The notes below the pieces were generated by a model that worked only from the letters and a program-made list of their open reading frames with translations, did not search any database and had not been told where the DNA came from. A stretch of DNA of 64,000 nt from Octopus vulgaris (Eukaryota). The position numbers were made by a program, and so were the translations under genes. The DNA is taken from NCBI GenBank assembly GCA_951406725.2, contig OX597816.1:43462001-43526000 (forward strand), in the 5' to 3' direction. Position 1 is the first letter of the stretch, and every line of letters begins with the position of its first letter. This document shows positions 15,237 through 28,135 of this stretch, in pieces.

Positions 15237-15610
15237 ACGGCGAGCTGGCAGAACCGTTAGCACGCTGGGTGAAATGCTTAGCGGTATTTCGTCTGCCACT
15301 ACGTTCTGAGTTCAAATTCCGCCGAGGTCGACTTTGCCTTTCATCCTTTCGGGGTCGATAAATTAAGGACCAGTTACGCACTGGGGTCGATATAATCGAC
15401 TTAATCCGTGTGTCTGTCCTTGTTCGACCCCTCGGTGTTTAGCCCCTTGTGGGTAGTAAAGAAATAGATATTTCGTCTGTTATTATGTTCTGAGTTCAAA
15501 TTCCACCGAAGTCAACTTTGCCTTTCATCATTTAGCGGTCGATAAATTAAGTACCAGTTGCGTATTGGGGTCGATCTAAAATTTCGGGCCTTGTTCCTAG
15601 AGTAGAATAG
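15237..15610 (+). mobile_element. SINE family A dimer (tail-1 unit followed by tail-2 unit)
   Basis: The first unit ends GTAGTAAAGAAATA and re-enters at GATATTTCGTCTG; the second ends GGGCCTTGTTCCTAGAGTAGAA. Confidence 0.85.
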
Positions 15611-15892
15611 GATATTATATCCTTAATGTTACTCTCAGAGTAATACAATATAGAGAGTGTAAGGTCGTGTGTATCACAGGTAACGTTCTTTCATCATTTG
15701 TTTAGACACGGACACGTGGCTGTGTGATAAGAAGTTTGCTTACCAATCACATGGTTCTAGGTTCATCCCCATTGCGTGGCACCTTGGGCAGATGCACTCT
15801 CAAAACCCACATCCACTCCCCAAAACTAGGGAATTGATGTGGATTTGGTCGATGGAAACAAGCCCATCCTGTATACTTCTATTCATGCATTC

Positions 15893-16280
15893 CTTTACTT
15901 GTTTCAGTCATGTGACTGCGGCCATGCTGGAGTACTGCTTTAAAGGGTTTTAGTCGAAGAAATCTACCCCAAGACTTTGTAAAACTATTACTTATTGTAT
16001 CGGTCTCTTTTGCCAAACCGTTAAGTTACGGGTTTATAAACATCAACATCTGTTGTCAAGTGATGGCGGGGATGGGGGACAAACACAGACTCGCACGCAC
16101 ACGCACGCACATACACGACGGGCTTCTTTCAGTTTCCGGCTACCAAATCCACACACAAGACTTTGGTCGACCCGAGGCTATAGTAGAAGACCCTTGCCGA
16201 AGGTGCCACGCAGTGGGACTGAACCCTGAACCTGGTGGTTGGGAAGCAAGCTTCTTACCACACAACCACGCCTGCGCCTG
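15893..16280 (-). mobile_element. SINE family B copy
   Basis: Full-length similarity to the other family B copies. Confidence 0.85.
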
Positions 16281-16531
16281 TTATTGCACGCGCACACACA
16301 CACACACACACACACAGGGTGTCTGTATCTTTGTACTTGGCCTCCATCACCGCTTGGCAGCCAGCGTTGGTGTGTTTACGTCCCCGTTATCTTGCGGCTC
16401 CGATAAAGAGACCGATAGAATAAGTACCAGGCTTAGATATCAGTACTGGGAGTTCATTCGTTGTTGGATTAGAATTCTTGAATGCGGTGATCCAGCATGG
16501 CTGCAGTCTAAGGGTTAGATCGATGAGAGAA

Positions 16532-16588
<57 letters not shown>

Positions 16589-16941
16589 GCTGGAGAAAAA
16601 GAATGGGGGGGGAATAGAAATTTTCTGAAGTTACCGCCCAAATCGATTAAACACGGGAGATCTTTATTTCGAAGTGCTCTTCATCAGTCCACCATAGCTG
16701 CGCCCTACACTGCGGGACAAACATGCAGACAGGTAAACGCATTGACTGACAACTTGCAGTCAGGCAGACATACAAATTTAGATATTTTGCAGATAATTGG
16801 AATTAAGTGCTATTGCACCAAGGCCAATTAACTGTGTAGTTTGTTGGCAAGCACAAATGAAGGTGGACAGACTGACTGACAGGAGAAAGAAGAACAGAAA
16901 AGAAAAAGAGGACAAGCCAATATGCAAACAGACGAATAGAG

Positions 16942-17008
<67 letters not shown>

Positions 17009-18018
17009 GAGGTGAATGAGAGAGAGAGAGAGAGAGAGGGAGTTGAGAGAGTGAGAGATGAAGAAAATGTATAGAATATAACAGGTTTGACGGGAGATGG
17101 TTGATCGGAAAACAAAGGGGTAAATTAACGGGTGGACATTAAAGATAAACAGGTATACAGTTGTGTATGTGTGTCTCTACTGCTAGTTATAAAAATTAAA
17201 ATCTAATTAAATTTTCTTCCAGACATTAATTAGTGTTTCTTACATCTGGTGCTCATCAGTGGCTAGGGAAAAATGTGCATATCCGGTGTTTATAGTAATT
17301 ATAGTAAATTTAATTAAAATAATTTTAATATCTACTTGCATAAAGATTGTGTTGTTTACCAATAAATTTAAATGTACAACTGTACACATATTTGCATAAA
17401 CATATTTTGAGTAATTTAGAGCAATATTGAGCACTCTTGTGGCAAAAACCATTTGTACAAATGGGAAAAGTTCTTGTAATATACACGATACATCTAAAAT
17501 ATTTAACATCCCCTTTAATAAAAAGACAATCAATCAAGGAAAAATTGTTATATATAATTAATTTATACGAACTTTTTATTTGGTTCATACTGGTTCTAGC
17601 CAATGCCCGGGGGCCTCGCAGCTGTAGGGACCGCAATTACGATCTATGTATTTTGTGGCTTGCTGTCATTGAAAGGTCCAGGTCATTGAATTACCTAAGG
17701 ACCTATAATTTTGCTAAGATAGTCCTGGTTCTAGCACTTGTTAATTGCTTTATCATTGACTGTTACTGATTCGGGTTACTGTCTACCATTTTTTGCTCCT
17801 TTTTAGTCCGATGGACCTTAAAGCCATGTGCATATATTTACACACACACTCACATACATACATACATACATACATACATACATACATACATACATACATA
17901 CATACACGTACTTTGAACGTCATTCGGCAACGAGGATGAGACTTGGTACTATGTGGATTGTTCTATGTACTCACAACCATTGACATTCTTATCTATAAAA
18001 AAGGAGAGAGAGATGGGG

Positions 18019-18071
<53 letters not shown>

Positions 18072-19683
18072 TCAGACTGAGAAAGTAAGAGCTATACCAG
18101 CACTTAGTTTGTATTTAATTAAGATTTAAGAATAACCTAGTAACTCAATACACCATCCGATCCAGAAATTGAACTCACGTCCTTATGACCGTAAGCCCAA
18201 AGAAAGAAAAGGTAGATGCTGGAGGAATGACGAAAGTTTAGAGAACAAGTAGTTAGATCTACAGGTATGGCGGTGCCCCAGCATGGCCACAGCTTGTGAG
18301 CTGAAACTAAAAAAAATTACAAAATACAATAAGTATGATGAGAGTGTACATGTGTATACTCTGTATTTTAATATGCTCAGTATTGTTCGGGCAACCGTTT
18401 GGGCCATGGTGATATCATAATTGAGACAAACCTGATATTGAAGACATTCTAACCTTGAGAACCTAGTCATTTCTTTCAAACTCAGTGTTTCTAAGTATAA
18501 CTATTCAATATTTTATTTCATTTGCTTTTCTCTCTTTTTTAAGCTTTTACCTGTCCAAAGTTTTTTCATGAGTTTGTCCTAAACCCGATGCTTGTTTTAA
18601 GACCTTTTGTTGACCCTTGTTTCATTCGTTCTGAGTAATATAAAGTTTTCCTTTCAAAAGTCCTAAATTATTCTGGTCGTTAAAAAGCAAGAAGGAATGT
18701 GTATCATATCTGATGCATGGAAATATACCATGGAAATATGTCCTATGTATCACGTGTAACACTTAGGATATGCAAAGGGTTAAAATGGTACACTGATTCG
18801 ACAAGGTTTTATTTGATGTTTCTTGCACGCCGAGCGACCATGTGGAGTCCACTCGTCTACGCCGTACACGTTTCTGTGTCGGCTCGTTGTTTGAGCGTTG
18901 TTCTTGTTGGTTGAGCAGACACACGATCAAAAGCATTCTACTTGTGAGCATCACTCCTTACTTTTTTTTTAGTAGGGACTACATTGTCAATATTTAAGAA
19001 TGTAAGGTTGTGATTTTGGAGATTTGGCTACGATTGCTACCATGTCGAGGCATCAAGCAGAAGCGCCCTTGACTGCACTACCTATATGCGTACAGTACGT
19101 CTGTGTATATGTGTATGTATACATGTGTATGAAGAAAATTTATGAATGTATATATGTGTGTTACTTCGTAATTGCGTCTTTTAATTGTTTTAGCTATTGG
19201 ACTGCGGCCATGCTGTGGCACCGCCGTGAAGGGATTTTAGTCGAATAAATCGACCCCAGCACTTGTTTTCTTTCTAAGTCTGGTACTTATTCTATCGGTC
19301 TCTTTGCCGAACTGCAGAGTTACGAGGAAGTAAACACACCAACACCGATCGTCAATTAGTGGAGGGGACAAACACACACGCACACACACATACACACGCA
19401 TAGACACTCACACGCTTGCGCGCGCACACACACGGACGCAAGCGCACACACACACACACATATATATATGGACTTGTTTCTGTTTATAAAATCCACACAA
19501 AAGGTTTTGGTCAGCATGGGGCTATAGTAGAAAACACTTGCCCAAGGTGCCACATATTGAAACTGAACCCAGAACTTTGTAGTTGAGAAACAAACTTCTT
19601 ACCACTTGCCCACACCTGCTTATATAATTTCTTTATTGATGTATGAGGGAGTATATGTGTGCGTTGACGTATAGGTGTGTATA

Positions 19684-19874
19684 AGAGGGGCTGCTGAAAA
19701 ATTCCTGGCTTTAAGGGTATCGCGAAAGCTCCCGAGTTTTTTTTAGAAGGTTTAGAAGGACCACTGCAGTAAGTGTGTGAATCTGAGAGAGGACTATGTT
19801 GAATAAAATGATAGTTAACTGATCGTCTTGTATTTTCTTTTCCCCAAAGCCAGGAAGTTTTCAGCACCAACTCA
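19684..19874. mobile_element. Tc1/mariner-type MITE
   Basis: Imperfect terminal inverted repeats (TIRs) GAGGGGCTGCTGAAAAATTCCTGGCTTT and AAAGCCAGGAAGTTTTCAGCACCAACTC, preceded by TA; a related inverted copy lies at about 59151-59360. Confidence 0.7.
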
Positions 19875-20495
19875 GATGTGTACACCTAGGTTTGCTTGCG
19901 CATTAGAGAGAAGAATGCGGTGTGTGTGTATGTATGTATGTATGTATGTATGCATGCATGTATGTACGTATGTATATATATGTATGTATGGGTGTATGTA
20001 CGTATGTATGTATGTATGCGCGTGTATACGTACGTGCATTGACAAACCTTAAAAATATATACATATATTTACACACACACACACCCACACACACAAATAT
20101 ACATACATACGTATGTATGTATATATGTATGTATGCACGTCTATACATATGTATGTATGCATGTATGTATGCACGTCTATACGTACATGTGTTGACAAAC
20201 CTTAAAACCATGTATGTATGTATGTATGTATGTACGTCTATACGTACGTATGTATGTATGTATGTATGTATGTATGTATGTATGTATGTATGTATGTATG
20301 TATGTGTATGTATGTATGTATGTATGTACCTGCCCTTCAGAAAATAAAGATTGCGTATGTATGTGTGTGACTGAGCGTTCGTCATATGTGTATATTTAGG
20401 TGTTTGTCTAAGTGCGTGCATATATTGGACATTTCGGAGTTGACCGTTGTGTGTGTCTGTGTGCGTGTGTGTCTGTGTCTGTGTGTGTGTGTGTC

Positions 20496-20526
<31 letters not shown>

Positions 20527-21383
20527 AAGAGAGCCGGCGTGCGCACGGGCAAGTGTACGTGGTTCAGAATATAATGAACATGTGTGCTGCATGAGCGTAA
20601 ATTTCGTTTTGTATTACGTATTTCAAAATAAAATGCGGAATCTCGTGTGTATAGGCGCATGTGTTTTAGTAAGCGTAGTTCATTAAAATGATGAATTACC
20701 GAGAACCTGTATCCGCGCACAGGTGTAGATGAACGTTTTGACTATGTTGTATATAACCGTGTACTGTGTGTGTATTCGAGGGGAGAGAGCGAGCGTATAG
20801 GAGTCAGAAGGCTCTGTGTGGTTCATGCACACATTGATATATTGTATGCATGTGTGTGTGTGTGTGTGTGTGTGAACGAAACCATTTGACTTTGACGGAG
20901 TGTAGCTTAAAACAATTCGTTACAGTTTTATCAGCAAAATAAATTATGATATGGAACGGAAAATGTCGCAAATAAATAAATAAATAGATAAAATAAAATA
21001 AATAAATAGTTAAATAAATGAATATACAGATAAATAATTATTTTAAATGAAGTTGATTTATGTATTTATTTATCGTTTATATAGTATTGGGATGGGAAGA
21101 GTTAGATGCGATGCAGGGAAAAACTCTTCGAACATCAGAGAAAGGGCGATGCAGTATTTGTTCCGGCTCTTTACGTTATGATTTCAAAACCCAATCAGGT
21201 CTACATAGTGTTTCAACCCTTTAGGAGTGGATAAAATAAAGCCTCATTCAATGACTGGGGTTCGATATTATTTACTCTTCCTTCCACACATACGTTTTGG
21301 CATGGTATTAATGTACTACCATATGCACTTATGCCAAATAGAAGAAATCATCGTTTATTATTATTATTATTATTATTATTATT

Positions 21384-21944
21384 GAGTGAGAGAGCAGTGC
21401 ATGCCATCAAAGTGACACTGGGGTAAAATATACGAAGCCCAGTATACCCATAATGACTACCTGTCTGTCTGATAAGGGTTCACCAGGAACATGAATCACA
21501 ACCATATGTGCGCGACATGGTGATCTCATATCAAGATAAACAGCGCATGACCTTGCAGGTGGGGCCCAGTGAAAATGTTCTTCTGGTCGAGTAGCCCATC
21601 CCGCTCAAAATGTCCCTGAATAAGAATTGTTTAAGGATGCTGAACGAACCACCCATGTTTCCAAAGGTGAATTATCTAAACCTCTCAGAATTCCTTTCAA
21701 CACACGGCTATGATGCTCCACACTACTTCTGCTCGTGATCAGAGATGCACATATCGTCAGCCACTAAGGGACATGGTCAACTGGTTAAGATCAAACAACT
21801 GACAATCAAATCTGTGGTATTGAGCAGAATATTTGCTGTGTCCCATCTTTTATACCAAGACAACACAATTTACATGATAACACTTCCAATCAGTTAAGAT
21901 CAGAAGCCATGAGAGCCACTGTCTGGTATTGCATCAGGGCATTT
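21384..21944 (-). mobile_element. ~560 bp non-coding interspersed element embedded in an (ATT)n array
   Basis: Complex sequence sharply bounded on both sides by (ATT)n/(ATC). The minus strand ends ...GCACTGCTCTCTCACTC(AAT)n like a retroposon tail. Strand and class are inferred. Confidence 0.5.
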
Positions 21945-21957
21945 ATCATTATTATTA

Positions 21958-21994
<37 letters not shown>

Positions 21995-22441
21995 GGCTGG
22001 CAGAGTCCTTAGCACGCCGATATTTCCCCCGTCGCTACGTTCTAAGTTCAAAACCCGCCGAGGTTGACTTTACTTTTCATCCTTTCGGGGTCGATAAATT
22101 AAGTACTAGTGAAACACTAAAGGCGATGTAATCGACTAGTCCTCTCCCCCAAAATTTTAGGCTTGATGCCTTTTGTAGAAAGACTTACCGTTGTTGTTGT
22201 TATTGTTGTTGTTAAGGCGGTGAGCTGGTAGAATCGTTATCACGCTGGGCAAAGTGTTTAGTGGCATTTCGTTCGTCTTTACGTTCTGAGTTCAAATTCC
22301 ACCGAGGTTGACTTTGTCTTTCATCCTTTCGGGGTCGATAAAATAAGTATCGGTTGATCATTGGGGTCGATATAAGCGACTTATCTCCTTCCCCGAAGTT
22401 GCTGGTCTTGTGCCAAAATTTGAAACTTATATTTTCATAGC

Positions 22442-22485
<44 letters not shown>

Positions 22486-22699
22486 TTGTTCCCGCTAACA
22501 GTGGTAAGGATTCAATAAAGTCGTCCTGAAAAGATAGCTCGGTTCCTATCCGTTACCGTTTATAATATCGAAACAACAGCGTCGTTCATCGCTGCAAGTA
22601 ACCCTCTCAAGAATGCAAGTGTTCACCAATAACCAGCTTCATTGCCCTTCTTGTAGAGGAATGACTTTATTTCATATGTTTGCTGAATGTTTTTCTTAG

Positions 22700-23205
22700 C
22701 TCAATCTAGGACCGCAGCTCCGCGAACGAGACAAGCAAAATATTCTTCAGAAACCGTGACCACATTTGAGGAACACGTAAGAGTTTCTGCAGATTATGAA
22801 GCCCTGGTGCATATCTGTGCATCAGCATCTACAATACAACCAGCTTTCTGTGTAAAGTTTTGGCAAGAGATGGACATTCTGACTAGGCACATAAAGCAAA
22901 ACAGTAGACGCTCCAATTGGCTCAAAAGGATTGTAGAATAAGGCACGGCGATTGGTTATTAATATATAACATATACTGGTTGTTAATATATAATAATATA
23001 TATCAACCTATGTTTGATGTGTCAAAGATAGCTTCCAACCAGGGCATATCTGGGCGAAGACTGGTGACCCTGCTCATAATATTACTCCAGGAACCAGGAA
23101 CCAACACCTTAATTAAAATATCGATTCAATGGCGCTATCCCAGGCCCATTTCGATGCTTTTCCAGGGGCCAAATTGTCATCCTATAGATTTTACTTAGCT
23201 AATTA
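22700..23205 (+). pseudogene. Possible highly decayed Mutator-like (MULE) transposase fragment
   Basis: Frameshifted translation gives W..DGH (cf. W..DGTF), LIYNI..QPMF (cf. QLY.I..PL) and ID.MALSQAHFDAFPGAKLSSYRFYLA (cf. DFE.A...A...FP...GC.FH..Q). Similarity judged by eye only. Confidence 0.35.
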
Positions 23206-23289
23206 CCATCCAATATTTCTTGTATCCGACTATGCCCTTACTGGAACAGGATATTTCATCATCACCCCCAGTTTTCGCAGCAGTAAAAC

Positions 23290-24320
23290 GTACAAAAACG
23301 AAGACAGAGGATTTATTTGACGGGCAAACGGTTCTGAAATAATTGACCAAATGTCGCTGTATAAAGCGATCCAGCCCTGAACACCAGACCGAAAATATCG
23401 TCGGGTAAAACACCCACCAGGTATCACATCAAGGTATCACAAAAGGCGGCGAGCTGGCAGAAACGTTAGCGCGCCGGGCGAAATACTTAGCGGTATTTCG
23501 TCTGCCGTTACGTTGTGAGTTCAAATTCAGCCGAGGTCGACTTTGCTTTTCATCCTTTCGGGGTCGATTAAATAAGTACCAGTTACGCACTGGAGTCGAT
23601 ATAATCGACTTAATACCTATGTCTGTCCTTGTTTGTCCCTTCTATGTTTAGCCCCTTGTGGGTAATAAAGAAATAGATATCACATCAAGTGCTTTATATT
23701 CATTTAAGTTCATCAGCGTCCTATCAACGCCAAGCCACGACCTGAGTTCTCTGTTTCGAATAAAGGGGATGTTGTGGATTGATTATCTTGCTATCATGGA
23801 AGTTCTTGTGTAAATATCAACTCTATATAGAATAAATGCCAATTGTTTGGTACATATCCTTAACATTACATTCAGCAGAGTTATAAGGATGGTGATGTTT
23901 GCTACTATCGTTCTTCCCCAGCAGCAATACCACCGCTATTCTACAATTCACTCAACTGGAAATTCATCTAGTCTACAGCTAGTCCCAATGTAATATCTGC
24001 CAAGACACCTACGAACAAATGGGTCATGCTACATTAAATTTATAATGAAGATCACCCGTCTTGGCGACTTACCACACGCACAGCTGGACAACGTCCATTA
24101 CATCATTAACTGAAATCGGATTTCCGCACTACGCTATCTCTTCCACAGTGATTAACATCAAGCTGTCGAGTTAGGCATCGAAGGCTACCATTTTCCCCTC
24201 TCCATCGGAACAGCTTAGTGAAATTCTGCTGAAAATCTCACATCTCCGACTAAAGACACTCGAAGATAGTATAGTGCTCGTTTACTAGATTCTTATTTGC
24301 CATCTGGACACGTCGAACAG
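23290..24320 (+). pseudogene. Possible decayed LINE APE endonuclease region, split by a SINE
   Basis: Ordered remnants: NEDRGF (cf. NIRGL), FRIKG, CYYRSSP (cf. VYRSP), LGDL.H (cf. LGDFN.H), G.EGYHF, LLDSYL (cf. LLDL.L). There are many stops. Confidence 0.35.
23445..23677 (+). mobile_element. Full monomeric SINE family A with 12-bp TSD
   Basis: TATCACATCAAG at 23422-23433 and 23678-23689; an extra GTATCACAAAA at the 5' junction. Confidence 0.9.
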
Positions 24321-24923
24321 CTTTAGTGCTACTATGCAGGAAAAAATGCCGCAAAGCATCCTCCGTATTTAGCGTCACGTAACATTTTCATCGCTCCCAC
24401 TTCGGCTCTGTGGTTTAGCTAACAGTCTCTTAATTTAATTTTTAATTCAACCCACCCCTAGCCTAATGCTACCCGCTGGTATTTCTTTTGCATAACTTTT
24501 TGATTCTACGCTAATTTTCTTTTCCAAGTACATCTACCATTTGTTGTTTATAATTTGCCCCCGTCGGTTCTGCTAATGTAGCACATATCCTGTTTCTTGT
24601 GGGACTTCCACACCGTAAACGATGCGTAACATCTTTGTATTTGTCTCCAAATTATCTGTGGATGAAATGAGATAAATATATAGAAAATATATGAGTACGT
24701 GGACGAGCAGTCTAGTTAATACGGGAGGAAAATAAAGGACACCGCAGATCCAGGATCAAACTGAGCGCCATGTAGTGTATATTTGATCCAATTCTGGAAC
24801 TCAAAAGAGGAAGCTTTGACTTTTATAGTATTATAATCATATAAAAAGAAAATTTGGCTTTGCTTTCGAAAATTTTGTTTTATGGACAATTGTACACCTC
24901 GCTCACTTATACATACATGCATG

Positions 24924-24967
<44 letters not shown>

Positions 24968-24971
<4 letters not shown>

Positions 24972-25337
24972 GTGTTCAAAAAGTCTCTCCGGATTGAATT
25001 TTTCGGTGAACGGATTATTTCGTAGGGATTTGGCCACCAAGATCACCTGATTTCGCCGCCAGTTTTTTTTCTGGGGAGCAAGTAAGGGATCAGTGTACAA
25101 GAATCCCCCAAAAACCATTAATGAGCTAAAAGACGTAATCATAACCTTCACACGTTCCATACCGCATCAGACTCTACAAGATGTATAGAAGAGTCAATGT
25201 ATTGGAAATGGAGGACGGCACTTTCACCACCTCTTATAAAGTCTTGTAAAGTCTAATATATTCTTTTGTAGTCTTATACCATCTTATAAATATTTGTTCT
25301 GCAATACTTACTGCGGAGAGACTTTTTGAACACACAC
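24968..25337 (+). mobile_element. Internally deleted Tc1/mariner (IS630-Tc1-mariner) element retaining the transposase C-terminus
   Basis: TIR CAGGGTGTTCAAAAAGTCTCTCCG and CGGAGAGACTTTTTGAACAC. Translation from 25031 reads WPPRSPD..FWG..KGSVYKNPPKTINELKDVI..CIGNGGRHFHHLL, with frameshifts and stops. Confidence 0.85.
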
Positions 25338-25354
25338 ACACACACGTATATATT

Positions 25355-25866
25355 ATAAGGGTAGAAAATTTAGAGAAATTTTCATACCGGTGGCCAGCAT
25401 GCGTAATAATATTAATAGACAACATATTCTCATATAAAATAGTGTACAATTTAACGTATTTATACACAAAAGATGTGACCTTTAACAGGACACCTTACAT
25501 GCTGAAAAGGGCAGTTAAAACCCAAACCACGAATAAGAGCAATTTCAAAGGGCATGAAAATAAATGTAATTTTTGTAGTTACCCTGAGATTCGGGTTTCT
25601 GCATCAGTGTGCAAATAAATTAATTTGCCATCCGTACTTCTTCAGTGAGGGTGCTAAAATTAATGCATATTTATGCAGCAAATAGCACTGAAGATACACG
25701 TGCTTCATACTTATACATTATAATTTTCAAATCCACCGCGCAAGCGCAGTTACATTCGGCAACAAATGATGATAAAAATATTAAAACTGCGTACCAAAGG
25801 GCTTCGAAACTATAAAAATTTTACTGTGAAAATAATAAGGGTAGAAAATTTAGAGAAATTTTCATA
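25355..25866 (-). mobile_element. ~510 bp element with 32-bp terminal direct repeat and a degenerate hammerhead motif (Penelope pLTR/retrozyme-like)
   Basis: ATAAGGGTAGAAAATTTAGAGAAATTTTCATA at 25355-25386 and 25835-25866; hammerhead-like motif at 25581-25652 (-). Confidence 0.55.
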
Positions 25867-26077
25867 TATATATATATAACGACTTTTTCTCTTTTAATCT
25901 CTCCATTACTTTTCTTCTACACATTTCTAATTGATGAAGTACTAGCATCCGAAACGTTAAGAATTGCCGTTCATTAAGCGTTGAGCAAATACATTTGTTA
26001 CAATCTGCCCCTTTTACATTGTTTTCTGTTGTGTTATTTTGTGATCATTGCTTTCAGCACATATAGAGATTTTTATC

Positions 26078-26480
26078 CTTTACTTGTTTCAGTCATTTGA
26101 CTGCATATCGGAGCACCACCTTCAAGAGTTTTAATCGAAGAAATCAGCCCCAAGACTTATTCTTTCTAAGCCTAGTACTTGTTCTATGGGTCTCTTTTGC
26201 TGAACCGCTAAATTACAGGAACGTAAACACACCAGCATCGGTTGTCAAGCGATGTTGGGGGACAAACACAAGCACACAATCATATACACAAACATATATA
26301 CATAGATACATATATACGACGGGCTTCTTTCAGTTTCCATCTACCAAATCCACTCACAAGGCTTTGGTCGACCCAAGACTATGCTAGAAGACACTTGCCC
26401 AAGGTGCCACGCAGTGGGACTGAACCCGGAACCATGTGGTTGGTAAGCAAGCTACTTACCACACAGCCATTCCTACGCCT
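26078..26480 (-). mobile_element. Full-length SINE family B
   Basis: Head GGCGTAGGAATGGCTGTGTGG through tail TGACTGAAACAAGTAAA. Confidence 0.9.
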
Positions 26481-26485
26481 ATATA

Positions 26486-26868
26486 TCTCTATATATAAAC
26501 GGCAGTTTGTCTGTGCGTGTTTCTGTGTGTCTGTTTTCTCGTACCCTCACCCTGACCACGGCTTTCAACCGATTCTGATGAAACTTGACACACACATAGC
26601 CCAATGTCATAATTCAAAACTAACGCAGCGAAAATTTTGAAAAGTTTCCCCAGTTCTGAAAAAAAATCAATAAATTCGACATGGGGTCGAGAATCAGAAA
26701 CAGGAACCACAAACTGTCTAGGGGATGCAACTCCACCTTTTTTAATCTCAAAAAAAAATTTACCATCATTTTTTTCCATTTTTTTGCTATTTTTTAGCTA
26801 TAACTCTCTAAAAATGCTTTATAGTTATTTCCCTTACAAACCTGAGCAACGCCGGGCGATACTGCTAG
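26486..26868 (+). mobile_element. Non-autonomous Helitron
   Basis: 5' TC, 3' CTAG, subterminal hairpin CCTGAGCAACGCCGGG (26841-26856), inserted between A and T with no TSD. Confidence 0.8.
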
Positions 26869-26966
26869 TATATATATATATGTAAACAACGAAAAAAATG
26901 TTTTGAATGGTACAGCAATGCACTATGATACAAACAATGGGCTATATAACTGTTGTAATTTAGTCA

Positions 26967-27006
<40 letters not shown>

Positions 27007-27524
27007 TATATATAAACATATATATATGCACGACGGTCGTCTCTCAGTTTGCGTCTACTAAAGCCACTCACAAGGCTTTGGTCGGCCCAAAGCTATAGTA
27101 GAAGACACTTGCCCAAGGGGCCATGTAGTGGGACTGAATCCGGAACCATGTTGTTGGGAAGCAACCTTCTTACTACACAGCAACGCCTATCGCTTACCAA
27201 ACATAGCCTCTCGCTGAATGGTATATTGTGCCAGTATGGTAGCTTGTACTCTAGCCTCGATGTTTACTAACGGTCTTTTGGGTGAAAATGGTCATGCTCG
27301 TCATGTGTGCGCGAGCATCATCAGTGTCGGCTTTTCCGTTTAGACCGTTTGGGGAAACGGTGCTCTGTTTACGCCCGGTAAATTAGTGACATAGGAAATA
27401 ATTTAAAATGCCAAGCTGCTTCAAAGCCGTTTACACACACACACACACGAGATTGAGAGATACACATTCATATCCACACAAACCTGCAATAAGTTACATT
27501 GATATGTACATAGAAAAGAAAACG

Positions 27525-28135
27525 ACGAGCTGGCAGAAACGTTAGCACGCCGGGCGAAATGCTTAGCGGTATTTCGTCTGCCGCTACGTTCTGAGTTCAA
27601 ATTCTGCCGAGGTCGATTTTGCCTTTCATCCTTTCGGGGTCGATTAAATAAGTACCAGTTACGCACTGGGGTCGATATAATTGACTTAATCTGTTTGTCT
27701 GCCCTTGTTTGTCCTCTCAGTGTTCAGCTCCTTGTTGGTAGTAAAGAAATAGGTATTTCGTCTGTCTTTATGTTCTGAGTTCAAATTCCGCCGAGGTCGA
27801 CTTTGCCTGTCATCCTTTCGGGGTCGATTAAATAAGTACCAGTTACGCACTGGGGTCGATTAATCGACTTAATCCGTTTGTCTGTTCTTGTTTGTCCCCT
27901 CTATGTTTAGCTCCTTGTGGGTAATAAAGAAATATGAAACGTTGGCACGTTGGGCGAAATGCTTAACGGCATTTCGTCTGTCTTTATGTTCTGAGTTCAA
28001 ATTCCGCCGAGGTCGACTTTGCCTTTCATCCCTTCGGGGTCGATAAATTAAGTACCAGTTGCGTACCGGGGTCAATCTAATCAACTGGCCCCTTCCCCCA
28101 AAATCAAAATTTCGGGCCTTGTGCCTAGAGCAGAA
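27525..28135 (+). mobile_element. SINE family A trimer (tail-1, tail-1, tail-2)
   Basis: Three bodies, with junctions at AAAGAAATA|GGTATTTCG and AAAGAAATAT|GAAACGTTGG. Confidence 0.85.

Noticed and set aside
16655-16692. Minus-strand GGA-CUGAUGA-AGAGCACUUC-GAAA-UAAAGA-UC-UCC hammerhead-like match
   Set aside because: Core bases are present, but stem I is only 3 bp, the 10.1-11.1 pair is A-C and stem III is 2 weak pairs and non-palindromic. Compatible with chance.
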